Positions 48,849-58,805 of a stretch of DNA of 64,000 nt are shown here, piece after piece. Source of the DNA: Alphaproteobacteria bacterium (GTDB lineage: Bacteria; Pseudomonadota; Alphaproteobacteria; RF32; CAG-239); the NCBI GenBank assembly GCA_015062535.1, contig SUUK01000001.1:399055-463054 (forward strand), given 5' to 3'. Position 1 is the first letter of the stretch; the number at the start of each line of letters is the position of its first letter. Under the pieces are notes generated by a model that was not told the origin of the DNA, made no database searches, and worked only from the letters and a program-made list of their open reading frames with translations. A program made the translations under genes and the position numbers.

Positions 48849-50348
48849 ATGGCAAATATGGAAGAAAGACTTCAAAGTGTTGTCTCTCAAGCTGAGAGCG
48901 ATGGTTCAAAATGGCATACAATTGTTCATGGTGATGAAGATACAACGGTCCCGACAGATCAAGGAAATGTTCCCACTGTTGCCAAGCAATTAAAAGATAT
49001 TCGTGAAGCGATTACCGGTGGTGTATCTGATGTTGTGGCTGAGGCAGAAGCAGCTCGTGATGAGGCTGTTGCTTCAAAAAATGCAACAAATCAGTTAAAG
49101 TCGCAGACAAATACGATTAAAACAGAAACCGCACAGTTAAAAGCGGATACTTTGGGTATCAAAAATCAAGCTGTTGAAGTCTTTAATAACATATCAACAG
49201 CAACTGATACATCTATTCAAAATATCCAAACAGAGGGCAACTCCCAAATATCAAGTATCAAAAACACAGGAACAACGCAGATCAGTACCATAAATTCGAC
49301 TGCGACATCACAAATAAGTTCTATTAATTCAACCGGAACAACACAAGTAAACAGAGTTAAAACGGAAGCAAATAATCAAATTGCGTTGGCAACTGAACAG
49401 GCAAATCTTTCTAAATATTATGCGGAAAGCTGTGCACCAGCTCCACTGGGGTCAAAACTAAGTGTACCTGCAAACACGAAAGTTCCTGATGGATATGAGC
49501 CCGTATGGTATAAAAATACGATTACAAGAGCAAGATATCCGGACTTTTTTGAACAGCTCGTGGATACGAATTACTTGGTTTTCACTGATGAAACAACATA
49601 TGACAGCCAAGTTTCAAGCTATGGTATGTGTGCCTCATATGTTAAAGTTGACGATGATACAGTTATTCTACCACTTTTGATAAACTATGCTCGAGGTGGT
49701 ACAACAGATAATTTAGGAACGGTTTTGAACGATCAATTCCAAGGACATGGACACCATGCTTATATTGAATGTGACCAATCTGGAGGTTCGGGATATCCAA
49801 AACCTTTGCCTGGAGCTTCTCGATCCATACAAAACACAGATAAATGGGTAACATATCCGATAGCGTATGGAAACAATGGTGCTCCAAGATATGGCGATGA
49901 AACCCGTCCTAAATCATATTATGAATTGGTTTACATTAAATGTGCTGATATTTCTCGCCAATTGACGAGTGAAGAAACCTCTGAAATCAGGACAACGCTT
50001 AGCCAAAAAGTAAATACAAATCTATCAAATTTCCCTTCTAACATAGATTATTGCATTGAAAACTATGTTGCCAGTAATGGAAATTGGTATCGGATTTACA
50101 AGTCAGGCCGCCTAGAACAAGGCGGTTTTTTTGGCGGTGGAACGAGTGCTTGGGCAAGTGTTGCAATTACATATTTAAAACCATTTAAGGATAACACTTA
50201 TCAATTATTTTGTTTAGGAAACTGGAGTGATGCAGGAAGTTCGTCTTGTAAGGTTACCGCAAAATCAACAACCGGAGCAACAATTACATATGCGAACAAT
50301 CTCTCATCAGTTCAATTATCAACTTGGCTTGCCACAGGCAGAAAATAA
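48849..50348 (+). CDS. tail fibre protein, paralogue 4
   Basis: N-terminus MANMEERLQSVVSQAE with a C-terminal NWYRIYKSGRLEQGG motif. Confidence 0.6.
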   Translation: MANMEERLQSVVSQAESDGSKWHTIVHGDEDTTVPTDQGNVPTVAKQLKDIREAITGGVSDVVAEAEAARDEAVASKNATNQLKSQTNTIKTETAQLKADTLGIKNQAVEVFNNISTATDTSIQNIQTEGNSQISSIKNTGTTQISTINSTATSQISSINSTGTTQVNRVKTEANNQIALATEQANLSKYYAESCAPAPLGSKLSVPANTKVPDGYEPVWYKNTITRARYPDFFEQLVDTNYLVFTDETTYDSQVSSYGMCASYVKVDDDTVILPLLINYARGGTTDNLGTVLNDQFQGHGHHAYIECDQSGGSGYPKPLPGASRSIQNTDKWVTYPIAYGNNGAPRYGDETRPKSYYELVYIKCADISRQLTSEETSEIRTTLSQKVNTNLSNFPSNIDYCIENYVASNGNWYRIYKSGRLEQGGFFGGGTSAWASVAITYLKPFKDNTYQLFCLGNWSDAGSSSCKVTAKSTTGATITYANNLSSVQLSTWLATGRK

Positions 50349-50359
50349 CTGGAGGAAAT

Positions 50360-50686
50360 ATGTTAGGTCAAAAATTAACAGAAGAAACTTATACAGAGGG
50401 AGCTATTTGGTGTAACGAAAACAATGCCCGTATTAACCCTGAAACATGGATTATTGAAAAAATCCCTGAGCCAACCCCCGAAGAATTAAAAGAAATTAAT
50501 AGAGAACTTCGAAATCAACTCTTAAGAAGTTCTGATGAATGGGGTGTTGCCGACAGACCGCAAACAGACATTGTAAAATTACATTTGGAATGGCGAGAGT
50601 ATTTAAGAAATTATACAAATACTGATAACTGGTGGGAAAATCCCCCATTAACTTATAACGAATGGGAACAAGAAAATGACAGATAA
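50360..50686 (+). CDS. tail fibre assembly chaperone (Tfa-like)
   Basis: RBS GGAGG, 108 aa. C-terminal ..LHLEWREYLRNYTNTDNWWENPP resembles the Tfa pattern ..W..YR..L.R.D....WP..P. Confidence 0.45.
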   Translation: MLGQKLTEETYTEGAIWCNENNARINPETWIIEKIPEPTPEELKEINRELRNQLLRSSDEWGVADRPQTDIVKLHLEWREYLRNYTNTDNWWENPPLTYNEWEQENDR

Positions 50687-51218
50687 CACGCTCTCTGAAG
50701 CATTAAAAGAGGCCTATGCATCGGCTCCAAGTGAAGTTATTTTATTGCACACCTTGGAGTTAAGGCATCCGGCTTTCATTGACGATAACGGAAATCAGAC
50801 TGCCATTCGTATTGTCAGGGATAATAAGAACTATACCTGCAGACTTGAAGATACGGCTCCGCTTAATCCGGGAGAGGAAGTTGAGTTTCAGGCGTTGGCA
50901 TTTGATTTGGAATTGCCGCCAGTTGAGGCTATACCAGTACCGGAGATTACTTTGTCCATCGATAACGTTTCAACAGAAATCATCAAATACTTGGACAGAG
51001 CCGTAGAAACACAGGATATGATCGAAATGACATATCGGCCATACCTAACCAATGATTTAAGCACGCCACAAATGGATCCGCCGATTACTTTGGTTATTAC
51101 TGAAGTTACAGCGGATATTTCCAAAATATCGGCCACAGCTCGCATGATGGACATCGGCAACAAGTCTTTTCCTGCTGAAAACTATACCGTTAAAAAATAT
51201 CCGGGATTATCAAGATGA
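50676..51218 (+). CDS. minor tail protein, gpL-like
   Basis: 180 aa preceding the NlpC/P60 (gpK-like) gene. Confidence 0.4.
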   Translation: MTDNTLSEALKEAYASAPSEVILLHTLELRHPAFIDDNGNQTAIRIVRDNKNYTCRLEDTAPLNPGEEVEFQALAFDLELPPVEAIPVPEITLSIDNVSTEIIKYLDRAVETQDMIEMTYRPYLTNDLSTPQMDPPITLVITEVTADISKISATARMMDIGNKSFPAENYTVKKYPGLSR

Positions 51219-51619
51219 CGCATTTTGCATTAAAATATATCGGGCGACCATGGATCGCCGGATCACAAGGCCCTGACAGTTTTGATTGTTGGGGATTTGT
51301 TCGTTATGTGCTGTTGCACGAATTTGGCCATGATGTTCCACCGGTCAACATTAATCCGAATAATTTAAGAGATGTCCTGCACGCCTTTAAGGTGGACTTG
51401 GCATTTCAAGCCTTTATTGAAGTACCGACACCTCAAAACGGAGATGTTGTTTTAATGAGGCAATCAAAAAATCCCGTTCATGCCGGGTTATGGTTAGACA
51501 TAGACGGTGGTGGTGTTTTGCACTGTGTTCGGGATAGCGGCGTTGTATTCCAAAATGTCCGATCATTAAACACTTGCGGTTGGTACCTTGATAGTTATTA
51601 TCGAGTGAAAGAAAGTTAA
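51215..51619 (+). CDS. NlpC/P60 (C40) cell-wall peptidase-domain tail protein, gpK-like
   Basis: Catalytic Cys in FDCWGFVRYV with downstream His residues. Length is 134 aa. Confidence 0.7.
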   Translation: MTHFALKYIGRPWIAGSQGPDSFDCWGFVRYVLLHEFGHDVPPVNINPNNLRDVLHAFKVDLAFQAFIEVPTPQNGDVVLMRQSKNPVHAGLWLDIDGGGVLHCVRDSGVVFQNVRSLNTCGWYLDSYYRVKES

Positions 51620-51623
51620 AACA

Positions 51624-53846
51624 ATGGTTTATTTTAATTATCTAACAAATCCGTTTAATCCAAACAAGGGACGGATAAGCAAAGCCTTGCCCGGAAAACA
51701 AACCGTTTTGCAAATTGTTAAAGAGCAAAAAATAGATTTAACCCGACCAACTGTCTGTTTGGTTGATGGTGTGGCAAAACTCAGAAAAGACTGGAACATA
51801 ACCCTACATCAAAAAGCTGTGGTTAGTTTTGTCGCTCTGCCGCTGGGTGGCGGTGGTAAAAGCTCAAACCCATTACAGGTTGTCCTGACGGTGGCTTTGA
51901 TTGTGGCAACTGTTTATACTGGTGGTGCGGTGGGAGCCGCTTATGGTGCCGTTTGGGGCGGTGTTGCTGCGGCGGCCGTTTCGGTCGGAGGTGGTATTTT
52001 GATTAATACCTTTGTGCCTACACCAAAAGCATCGCTTAATGGAATGACAACCTCAAGCCTAACCCAAAGCCCAACCTATTCTTTACAGGCTCAAGGTAAT
52101 CAGGCACGTCTTGGTAATCCCATTCCGGTTATTTATGGTCGGCACCTGATTTATCCGGATTTTGCCAGTCAGCCATATTATAAATACATTGATAACGAGC
52201 AATTTGTGTATCAACTCCATTGTTTGGGTCAAGGTGAATACAATGTCGAACAGATTCGTATTGAGGACACGCCGATTAGCTCATTCGAAGAAATAACCTA
52301 TCAAATCATTCCACCCGGAGGTAAAAACACGCTTTTTGAAGAAGATGTAGTGACTTCCAACGAAGTGGCCGGTCAGGAACTGTTAAAGGATACCATTTGT
52401 GGTCCGTTTGTGTTAAACCCGACCGAAAGTGTTATCAATAAAATTGAAATTGATGTAGCTTTTCAACGGGGTTGTTATTACGCAAACGACAATGGCACCA
52501 TGGCCAATAAAACCATTCAGTGGCGTATTGATGCCAGACGGATTGATGATGAAGATAAAGCGCTGGGTGATTGGGTTACTCTTGGAACGGAAAGTATTAC
52601 AAGCAATAACCACAATGCAATGTATAAAACCTATACTTATTCGGTTACAACCGGCAGATATGAGGTCAGAGCTACTCGGTTAGATGCCAAAGACACATCT
52701 TCACGTGCCGGTCATGAAATCCGGTGGGGTTCGGCCAAGGGCTATATCGTGTCAGATAAAGACTATGGAAACGTGACATTGCTTGCCATTACGATGCGAG
52801 CCACCGATAACTTGTCACAGCGTTCATCCCGTATGGTGAACTGCATTGTTACGAGGAAACTTCCGACATGGTCACCAAGTGGAGGATGGACGGCTCCGGT
52901 TGCAACCCGTTCGGTGGCTTGGGTATTAGCTGATATATTAAGAGCATCATACGGTGCCGGACTTGCCGATAAATCAATAGATCTGCAGGCTCTTTATAAC
53001 TTGGATCAGACGTGGAACAGCCGAGGCGATACCTTTAACGGCGTGTTTGATAGCAAACTGACGGTTTATGAAGCCTTATCCCGAACAGCCCGAGTTGGGC
53101 GAGCTATTCCTTTTATTCAAGGTGGTATCGTTCGTTTCGTCCGGGACGAGCCGAAAAACATACCGGTGGCACTCTTTGGACCACGAAATATTGTAAAAAA
53201 CAGCCTATCTATACAATATGTGATGCCTTCCGAGGATACCGCCGACAGCGTTTGCGTTCAGTATTTTTCGGAAAAGACTTGGAAAACGTCAGAAATAGTC
53301 GGTTCGTTTGACGGCTCAACATCCGATAAAACAGCCACCGTAGAATTGTTCGGCTGTACAAACAAAGACCAAGCTTTAAGAGAAGCAACTTATATGGCGT
53401 TGGCCAACCGATACCGAAGACGTATTGTTAATTTTACAACGGAACTGGAAGGACTGGTTCCGAGTTATGGGGATTTAATCGCCATTACTCATGATATGGC
53501 CAAATGGGGTCAAGGCGGTGAAGTGACAGAGCAAAACGGATTAACTCTAAGCCTGTCCGAACCGGTCAAGTTTGAAGAAGGTCAAACACATTATTTGGCA
53601 TTACGAAAGAAAAACGGGTCTTTATCCGGTCCGTATGTTGTGACTGCCGGTTCACTTCCGACAGAGGTTATCTTATCGGAAGAACCGGACATTGAGATCT
53701 TAACAGGCACAGATGCAGAACGAACGCATTTTGCCTTTGGAACCGCCGATAAATGGAGTGTACTTGCACGTGTAACGGGCATACATCCACGCTCCACCAA
53801 GGTAGAAATAACAGCGGTTATTGAAGATAGCCGAGTACATCAATAG
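51624..53846 (+). CDS. tail tip / host-specificity protein, fused gpI-like N-terminus + gpJ-like central fibre
   Basis: N-terminal region carries a Gly-rich hydrophobic segment (PLGGGGKSSNPL..GGAVGAAYGAVWGGVAAAAV) like lambda I. The rest is J-like. At 740 aa it is much shorter than lambda J. Confidence 0.55.
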   Translation: MVYFNYLTNPFNPNKGRISKALPGKQTVLQIVKEQKIDLTRPTVCLVDGVAKLRKDWNITLHQKAVVSFVALPLGGGGKSSNPLQVVLTVALIVATVYTGGAVGAAYGAVWGGVAAAAVSVGGGILINTFVPTPKASLNGMTTSSLTQSPTYSLQAQGNQARLGNPIPVIYGRHLIYPDFASQPYYKYIDNEQFVYQLHCLGQGEYNVEQIRIEDTPISSFEEITYQIIPPGGKNTLFEEDVVTSNEVAGQELLKDTICGPFVLNPTESVINKIEIDVAFQRGCYYANDNGTMANKTIQWRIDARRIDDEDKALGDWVTLGTESITSNNHNAMYKTYTYSVTTGRYEVRATRLDAKDTSSRAGHEIRWGSAKGYIVSDKDYGNVTLLAITMRATDNLSQRSSRMVNCIVTRKLPTWSPSGGWTAPVATRSVAWVLADILRASYGAGLADKSIDLQALYNLDQTWNSRGDTFNGVFDSKLTVYEALSRTARVGRAIPFIQGGIVRFVRDEPKNIPVALFGPRNIVKNSLSIQYVMPSEDTADSVCVQYFSEKTWKTSEIVGSFDGSTSDKTATVELFGCTNKDQALREATYMALANRYRRRIVNFTTELEGLVPSYGDLIAITHDMAKWGQGGEVTEQNGLTLSLSEPVKFEEGQTHYLALRKKNGSLSGPYVVTAGSLPTEVILSEEPDIEILTGTDAERTHFAFGTADKWSVLARVTGIHPRSTKVEITAVIEDSRVHQ

Positions 53847-53855
53847 GAGAAAGAC

Positions 53856-54110
53856 ATGGATTGGATACAATTCCTACAAATCATTTGTGTGCCAGCCTTT
53901 GGTTGGTTTTTTTATAAACTGGGAGAACAACGGAGGGAAATCAAAAGTGTTGAAAGAGATTTAAACGAATTCAAAGTAGCGGTGGCAAAAGAGTACGCAA
54001 CTCAAACGCACATTGCCCGATTAGAAACAAAAATTGATGACTTAAGAGAAATGATATGGAGTTTACATCATGAACCAAACACGACAGCCAAGAGGCATTC
54101 GAAACAATAA
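53856..54110 (+). CDS. small membrane-anchored protein (holin/antiholin candidate)
   Basis: 84 aa with an N-terminal TM helix followed by a coiled coil. Confidence 0.3.
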   Translation: MDWIQFLQIICVPAFGWFFYKLGEQRREIKSVERDLNEFKVAVAKEYATQTHIARLETKIDDLREMIWSLHHEPNTTAKRHSKQ

Positions 54111-54486
54111 CCCTGGAAACATCAGATGGGGAGAAAATTGGCTAGGATTAAAACAGGACGGGAAAGAACAAGATCCGTCCTTTTGTGTATTTATATCGGC
54201 CGTTTATGGCATCCGAGCGTTGGCAAGACTGTTGCAAAACTATCAAAGGATCCATGGTTTAGATACGCCAAGAAAGATAATCAGCCGATACGCTCCGCCG
54301 AGTGAAAACCAAACACAAGCCTACATCCAAAGTGTGGCCGCTCAGCTTGGTATTACACCAGACGGTAAAGTTGATTTGACCGAAATCGGCACTTTGACTG
54401 TGTTTATCAAGGCAATCATTCGCCATGAAAACGGAATACAACCTTATTCAAACGAAACCATTCAGAAAGGAATTGCACTTCTATGA
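54070..54486 (+). CDS. putative endolysin (lysozyme-like; family not resolved)
   Basis: 138 aa with GIRNNNPGNIRWGENW at the N-terminus. It lies between membrane proteins of the lysis cassette. Confidence 0.4.
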   Translation: MNQTRQPRGIRNNNPGNIRWGENWLGLKQDGKEQDPSFCVFISAVYGIRALARLLQNYQRIHGLDTPRKIISRYAPPSENQTQAYIQSVAAQLGITPDGKVDLTEIGTLTVFIKAIIRHENGIQPYSNETIQKGIALL

Positions 54487-54695
54487 AACGGAAATGGATA
54501 CCAACGATTGGTTGGATTTTATGCTACGGGATATTCCATAATTGTGTGGTTGTCCCGTTTTTTAGTGTCCCAAACGTGGATTGGGAATATCTGCTGATGG
54601 GACTAGGTATTGTGCTTGGCGTAAGCGGAGTACGAGATATTGGGTTGAAGAAAGGAAAAAACAATGTGGACACTCATAACAACGGCTTGGAATAA
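54483..54695 (+). CDS. holin (class II-like, 2 TM)
   Basis: 70 aa with two TM helices and a charged C-terminus. Confidence 0.45.
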   Translation: MKRKWIPTIGWILCYGIFHNCVVVPFFSVPNVDWEYLLMGLGIVLGVSGVRDIGLKKGKNNVDTHNNGLE

Positions 54696-54885
54696 AGCTA
54701 AATATTGGATTATCGGCGGTGGTTTGGCAATGTTATATCTGCTCGGCTACCAAAAAGGAAAACATAAAGAACAAGTCAAAACAATGAAAGGAACCTTGGA
54801 AAATGTTCAAAAAGCTAAAACGATACGGGATAATGTTATTGATATTGACCGCATCCGCCGGTTGCACGACAAATATAAACGGTGA
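54664..54885 (+). CDS. i-spanin (Rz-like)
   Basis: N-terminal TM YWIIGGGLAMLYLLGY followed by a coiled coil. Confidence 0.5.
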   Translation: MWTLITTAWNKAKYWIIGGGLAMLYLLGYQKGKHKEQVKTMKGTLENVQKAKTIRDNVIDIDRIRRLHDKYKR

Positions 54886-55000
54886 TTTTTGCCTGATTTA
54901 CGAGCCGATTTATGCGGATTATGAGCATGACACCCCCGAAACGATCCGTCAAATAGACCGAAATAACCTTGTTTATGATGAAATTTGTATAAAAACGTAG
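54803..55000 (+). CDS. o-spanin lipoprotein (Rz1-like), embedded/overlapping Rz in +1 frame
   Basis: Signal peptide with lipobox-like ILTASAGC. The ORF begins inside the Rz gene in another frame. Confidence 0.45.
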   Translation: MFKKLKRYGIMLLILTASAGCTTNINGDFCLIYEPIYADYEHDTPETIRQIDRNNLVYDEICIKT

Positions 55001-55090
55001 CAAAAAGTCGCTTTTTGTTTGACTTTTCTATTAAAAATCGCAAGAATCTTAACGAGGTTTAATAGTTCAACATCAAAAAAGGAGTCAAAC

Positions 55091-55363
55091 ATGAACAAAA
55101 CTGAATACGTTGCTGCTGTTGCTGAAGCTGCAGGAATGACAAAAGCTCAAGCTGCTATTGCAGTTGATGCATCAATTGCCGTAATCACAAAAGCCTTGAA
55201 AAAAGGTGAACCTGTTCAAATCACTGGTTTTGGTACATTTGAAGTAGCAAAACGTGCTGCTCGTACAGGTCGCAACCCTGCAACAGGTAAAGAAATCAAA
55301 ATCAAAGCTTCAAAAGCACCTAAATTCAAAGCAGGTGCTGTTTTGAAGAAAGCCGTAAACTAA
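55091..55363 (+). CDS. hupB: HU-family DNA-binding protein (host)
   Basis: MNKTEYVAAVAE..GFGTFEVAKRAARTGRNPATGKEIKI is HU-like. The gene has its own TTGACT promoter and RBS AAAGGAG. The ORF-track start at 55019 is rejected. Confidence 0.85.
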   Translation: MNKTEYVAAVAEAAGMTKAQAAIAVDASIAVITKALKKGEPVQITGFGTFEVAKRAARTGRNPATGKEIKIKASKAPKFKAGAVLKKAVN

Positions 55364-55390
55364 TTATAAGTTTATAGTTTTCACTGTCTC

Positions 55391-55428
55391 AGAGCCCCAT
55401 TGGAGAAATCCTTTGGGGCCCTTTTTTT
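55391..55428 (+). terminator. rho-independent terminator after hupB
   Basis: GCCCCA..TGGGGC hairpin followed by CCTTTTTTTATTT. Confidence 0.6.
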
Positions 55429-55430
55429 AT

Positions 55431-56384
55431 TTACAACAGGTCATTTAATAAATTCATACATTTAATTTTTTGTTGCATATTGGCTCGGCCATATACATTT
55501 AATGTGAAAGATACATTTTTATGACCCAAAATTTCGGATAGAGATTTAACATCAAACTCCGGGATTTCTATGGCTCGAACTGCGAAAGTATGCCGAATTT
55601 CATGAAACTTAACACTACGCAGTTTGTTTTTTTTGAGGAAACGAGCAAAAAACTGTCTGTATGTTCTTGGCTCTGTTGGTTTGGTTTTCCCTGTTAAAAA
55701 ATATTGATTAGGGTTATCAGAATAATATTTCTTTATTATATTTATCAAAAGCGATGGAAGAGGAATAGTTCGGCACGAACTTGCTGTTTTAGGTGCTCCA
55801 ATGTAAACATAAGAAGTTCCTTTTACTTTATCATAAATTCGCTGAACAGTTCTTTGAATTGTTATGGTCTTATCAATAATAGAGATGTCTCGCATTTGTA
55901 AACCACACAGCTCACCAATCCGAACGCCAGTAAATAACGCAACTAAAATACCTGCAGTACGGCGGTTCATTTTCATGTAGATGGACTGTATAAGAGCCAA
56001 TTCTTCATCTTTTGATAAAGAAATCACTTTTTTTATTCCCAAATCTTTAGGGTATTCAATTAGGTCCCAATTTAGCATAGGAATAACTTGTTCTTTATAT
56101 GCAAAAATAAGGCATAAGCGTAAGACAAGTATAATATCTCGAATTGTTTTTACTGTTAAGCCTCCTTTTTTATCAAGCCTACCTTCATTATAAAGCGTAT
56201 TGATATAACATTGTATATCAGCTTCGGTGATGCTTAATATTTTCTTTTTACCCATTGATGGAATCAAATGGTTTTCAGAAATTAAAACAAAGTTAGCATA
56301 AGTCGATGGTGTAATCATCGGTTGCTTTTGTGTTAACCATGTTTTTACTAAAGTTTTAAATTGGGTATTTTGAGTTATTTTCAT
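55431..56384 (-). CDS. tyrosine site-specific recombinase (candidate hsdS invertase)
   Basis: 317 aa with the HEIRHTFAVRAIE (HxxR) box and a C-terminal catalytic Tyr (NVYGRA). It is adjacent to the inverted hsdS cassettes and is AT-rich like the host. Confidence 0.85.
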   Translation of the reverse strand: MKITQNTQFKTLVKTWLTQKQPMITPSTYANFVLISENHLIPSMGKKKILSITEADIQCYINTLYNEGRLDKKGGLTVKTIRDIILVLRLCLIFAYKEQVIPMLNWDLIEYPKDLGIKKVISLSKDEELALIQSIYMKMNRRTAGILVALFTGVRIGELCGLQMRDISIIDKTITIQRTVQRIYDKVKGTSYVYIGAPKTASSCRTIPLPSLLINIIKKYYSDNPNQYFLTGKTKPTEPRTYRQFFARFLKKNKLRSVKFHEIRHTFAVRAIEIPEFDVKSLSEILGHKNVSFTLNVYGRANMQQKIKCMNLLNDLL

Positions 56385-56489
56385 TTTATTTATCTCCTTT
56401 GAAAAATGTTAATACCGGAGATTATTTTGCACGAAATAGCCGAAAATTAGGATTTTGGGAGCAAAAATATTAACCGCAACAGCCATGAA

Positions 56490-57700
56490 AGAGGGAAAAA
56501 TGCTCCTCCTTTAATGGTCTTGAGCCGTCTCTTCGTTTTAGAAATTTTGTAGATGATTGGGAAGAGAGTAAACTTTCATCTTTCTTTAAAAAATGCTTGG
56601 AAAAAAATAAAAATGGTCTCGTTGATAATGTTATTTGCAATTCTGCAAAAAATGGATTAATGCCTCAGCGAGATTTCTTTGACAAAGATATTGCCAACAC
56701 AGAAAATACAAACGGCTATTATATTATCCAAGAAAATGATTTTGTATATAATCCTCGTAAATCCAACGAAGCACCATATGGACCAATAAGCATATATAAA
56801 TACAAAGAAAAAGGAATTGTTTCACCTCTTTATCTTTGTTTTAGAGCCACAACAGAAATTCACCCTAGATATTTTGAAATGTATTTTAAATCTTCTGTTT
56901 GGCATAATTACATTTACTTTGCAGGAGACAGCGGTGCTCGTCATGACAGGGTAAGCATTAAAGATGATGTTTTTTTTGAAATGCCAATAAACATCCCATC
57001 TCTTCCTGAGCAACAAAAAATAGCCAACTTTCTCTCACTCGTTGACCAACGTATCGAAAAACAGCGACAACTGGTCGAAGCCCTAAAGAAGTATAAAAGA
57101 GGGTTGTTTTTGAAGCTTTATAATGAAGCTGATAAAAACATAATATTGTTTAAAAATATCTATGATATTGCATCTGAAGGTGGCACTCCTTCAACATTAG
57201 ATCCTGAGAATTACGAGAATGGAAAACTTCCATTTATTAAAATAGATGACCTAAATCAGCATTATTTAACTGCCGCAAAATATTTTATTACTGAAAAGGG
57301 ATTAAAAAAATCTAGTGCATGGATTGTTCCTGAAAATAGTATCATTTATTCAAATGGGGCAACTATTGGAGCTTGTTCTATTAATAAAATGCCTGTAACC
57401 ACAAAACAAGGAATTTTAGGTATTGTACCAAAGAGTAATTTTTCTGTGGAATTTCTTTACTTCTATTTTACATCAAGCCTTTTTAAGGAAAAAATAAGAG
57501 CAATCACAACTAAAGGAACCATGGATTGTGCTTATTTAAAAGATATAAATAACATAAAAATAAATATTCCCAATTTCATAATTCAACAAAAAATAGCAAA
57601 AGTTATGGTGAATTTTGAAAATTTAATAGAACGAACCGAGTTCGCACTTATATCCTTACAAAATATTAAAAAAGCACTTTTACAGAAAATGTTTATATAA
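56490..57700 (+). CDS. silent hsdS cassette A' (two TRDs; no ATG start, frame opens at 56490)
   Basis: HsdS-like with an N-terminal NGLEPSLRF motif, central EQQKIANFLSLVDQRIEKQRQLVEALKKYKRGL and C-terminal LLQKMFI. The first in-frame start is a TTG at 56597. Confidence 0.75.
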
Positions 57701-58805
57701 ACATTTGTTGCAAGAAGGCATTTTTCATATCAAGCAAAGATTCCTCCATAATTTGTTCATTTTTTATTTTTTGTTCAATACTATCTAAGAAAAATGAAAG
57801 TTTTTCTTGGAATTCAATAGATGGAACTGGAATGGAATGACGTGCAACATCACTTCTTATTATTTGGGGCTGAGCAGAACCTGAGACAAGATATTTCAAG
57901 TTTTGATTAGATAAACAGTGATATAAATAACGTTTATTTATTTTATTTTGTTCATCGATATTTACAACCATAGAGTTTCCTGTAATCCACGTGTAAGCAT
58001 CTACAAAGTTTACTGTTCCACATTTTTCCCCTCGGCAACTAATTGTTACTTGAGGTGTTTCATGATTGTATTGATCATAATTACCAATATATCCATTTGC
58101 TCCAAAAACCTTATATTCCCCATCGTTAAATTGAGATTGTGATATTGTAGATGGTTGGTAAATTTTTGCAAATTCGCCGAGACGAACTATTTTATAGCTT
58201 TCATTTTTTTGAAAATAATAAGAAAACAAACCTCTTTTATACTTCTTTAAGCTCTCGACCAGTTGTCGCTGTTTTTCGATACGTTGGTCAACGAGTGAGA
58301 GGAAGTTGGCTATTTTTTGTTGCTCGGGAAGAGATGGATAACCAACCTTGTAGTCCATAATAAAATTTTTATCTCCTCTGGGCATCTTACATCCCTTAGC
58401 CGCACCCATTACATAGTCAATAAATTTGTCATTGGCTATTATATACTTCAAGAATAACGAATTTTGTTTATTGGTATGTATGACAAGTACGTCTGTGCTT
58501 GCGGCTCCATCGAAAGTTGCATACCAAACTTTGCGTAGATACGGGCGAATATTAGCAAGAAGTATATCATTTTTTTCAAATTTTACCCCAGAAACTACTG
58601 TTTCATCGACGTATTGTTCTATTCCTTGGAAATTTTGTAGCATATTTTCAGTACTAATAAAATGCCTCTTATTAACGGATGTACGCTTATTACCATATGA
58701 AGCCAAGTCTTTTAATGGCGAAATATTCCATGCATTTAAATACGCCTTAAATCTTAGTCGTGGATAAGCTTCAAGACCATTAAAAGAGGAGAAAATAATC
58801 CCCAA
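57693..58805 (-). CDS. silent hsdS cassette B' (two TRDs)
   Basis: HsdS-like. Its 3' end overlaps cassette A' through the palindrome ATGTTTATATAAACAT. It has no ATG and sits head-to-head with C'. Confidence 0.75.
   Translation of the reverse strand: MGIIFSSFNGLEAYPRLRFKAYLNAWNISPLKDLASYGNKRTSVNKRHFISTENMLQNFQGIEQYVDETVVSGVKFEKNDILLANIRPYLRKVWYATFDGAASTDVLVIHTNKQNSLFLKYIIANDKFIDYVMGAAKGCKMPRGDKNFIMDYKVGYPSLPEQQKIANFLSLVDQRIEKQRQLVESLKKYKRGLFSYYFQKNESYKIVRLGEFAKIYQPSTISQSQFNDGEYKVFGANGYIGNYDQYNHETPQVTISCRGEKCGTVNFVDAYTWITGNSMVVNIDEQNKINKRYLYHCLSNQNLKYLVSGSAQPQIIRSDVARHSIPVPSIEFQEKLSFFLDSIEQKIKNEQIMEESLLDMKNAFLQQMFI

Larger units (their letters stand above)
21000..55010. mobile_element. lambda-like siphovirus prophage (about 34 kb) carrying a large serine recombinase
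   Basis: GC content rises from about 35% to about 47%. Recombinase, regulatory, replication, anti-restriction, lambda-order head and tail, and lysis genes follow in sequence. All are on the + strand except two cargo genes. The prophage sits between the peptidase gene and hupB. Confidence 0.85.

Noticed and set aside
45647-50348. Long tandem near-identical direct repeats that could be taken for a CRISPR-like or diversity-generating repeat array
   Set aside because: The repeats are 500-750-bp 5' portions of paralogous tail-fibre genes and sit in frame inside ORFs. There are no short regular repeat-spacer units. There is no reverse transcriptase, and the differences between copies are not adenine-specific.
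55019-55090. ORF-track start of the HU gene at 55019 (MTFLLKIARILTRFNSSTSKKESN..)
   Set aside because: That stretch overlaps the TTGACT promoter. The ATG at 55091 has an AAAGGAG RBS and gives the standard HU N-terminus MNKTEYV.
55431-56384. Tyrosine recombinase as the prophage integrase at the right end
   Set aside because: hupB, with its own promoter and terminator and host-like composition, lies between the lysis cassette and this gene. The gene matches the host and hsdS region in being AT-rich and directly abuts inverted hsdS cassettes with recombination repeats. It is therefore called the shufflon recombinase.
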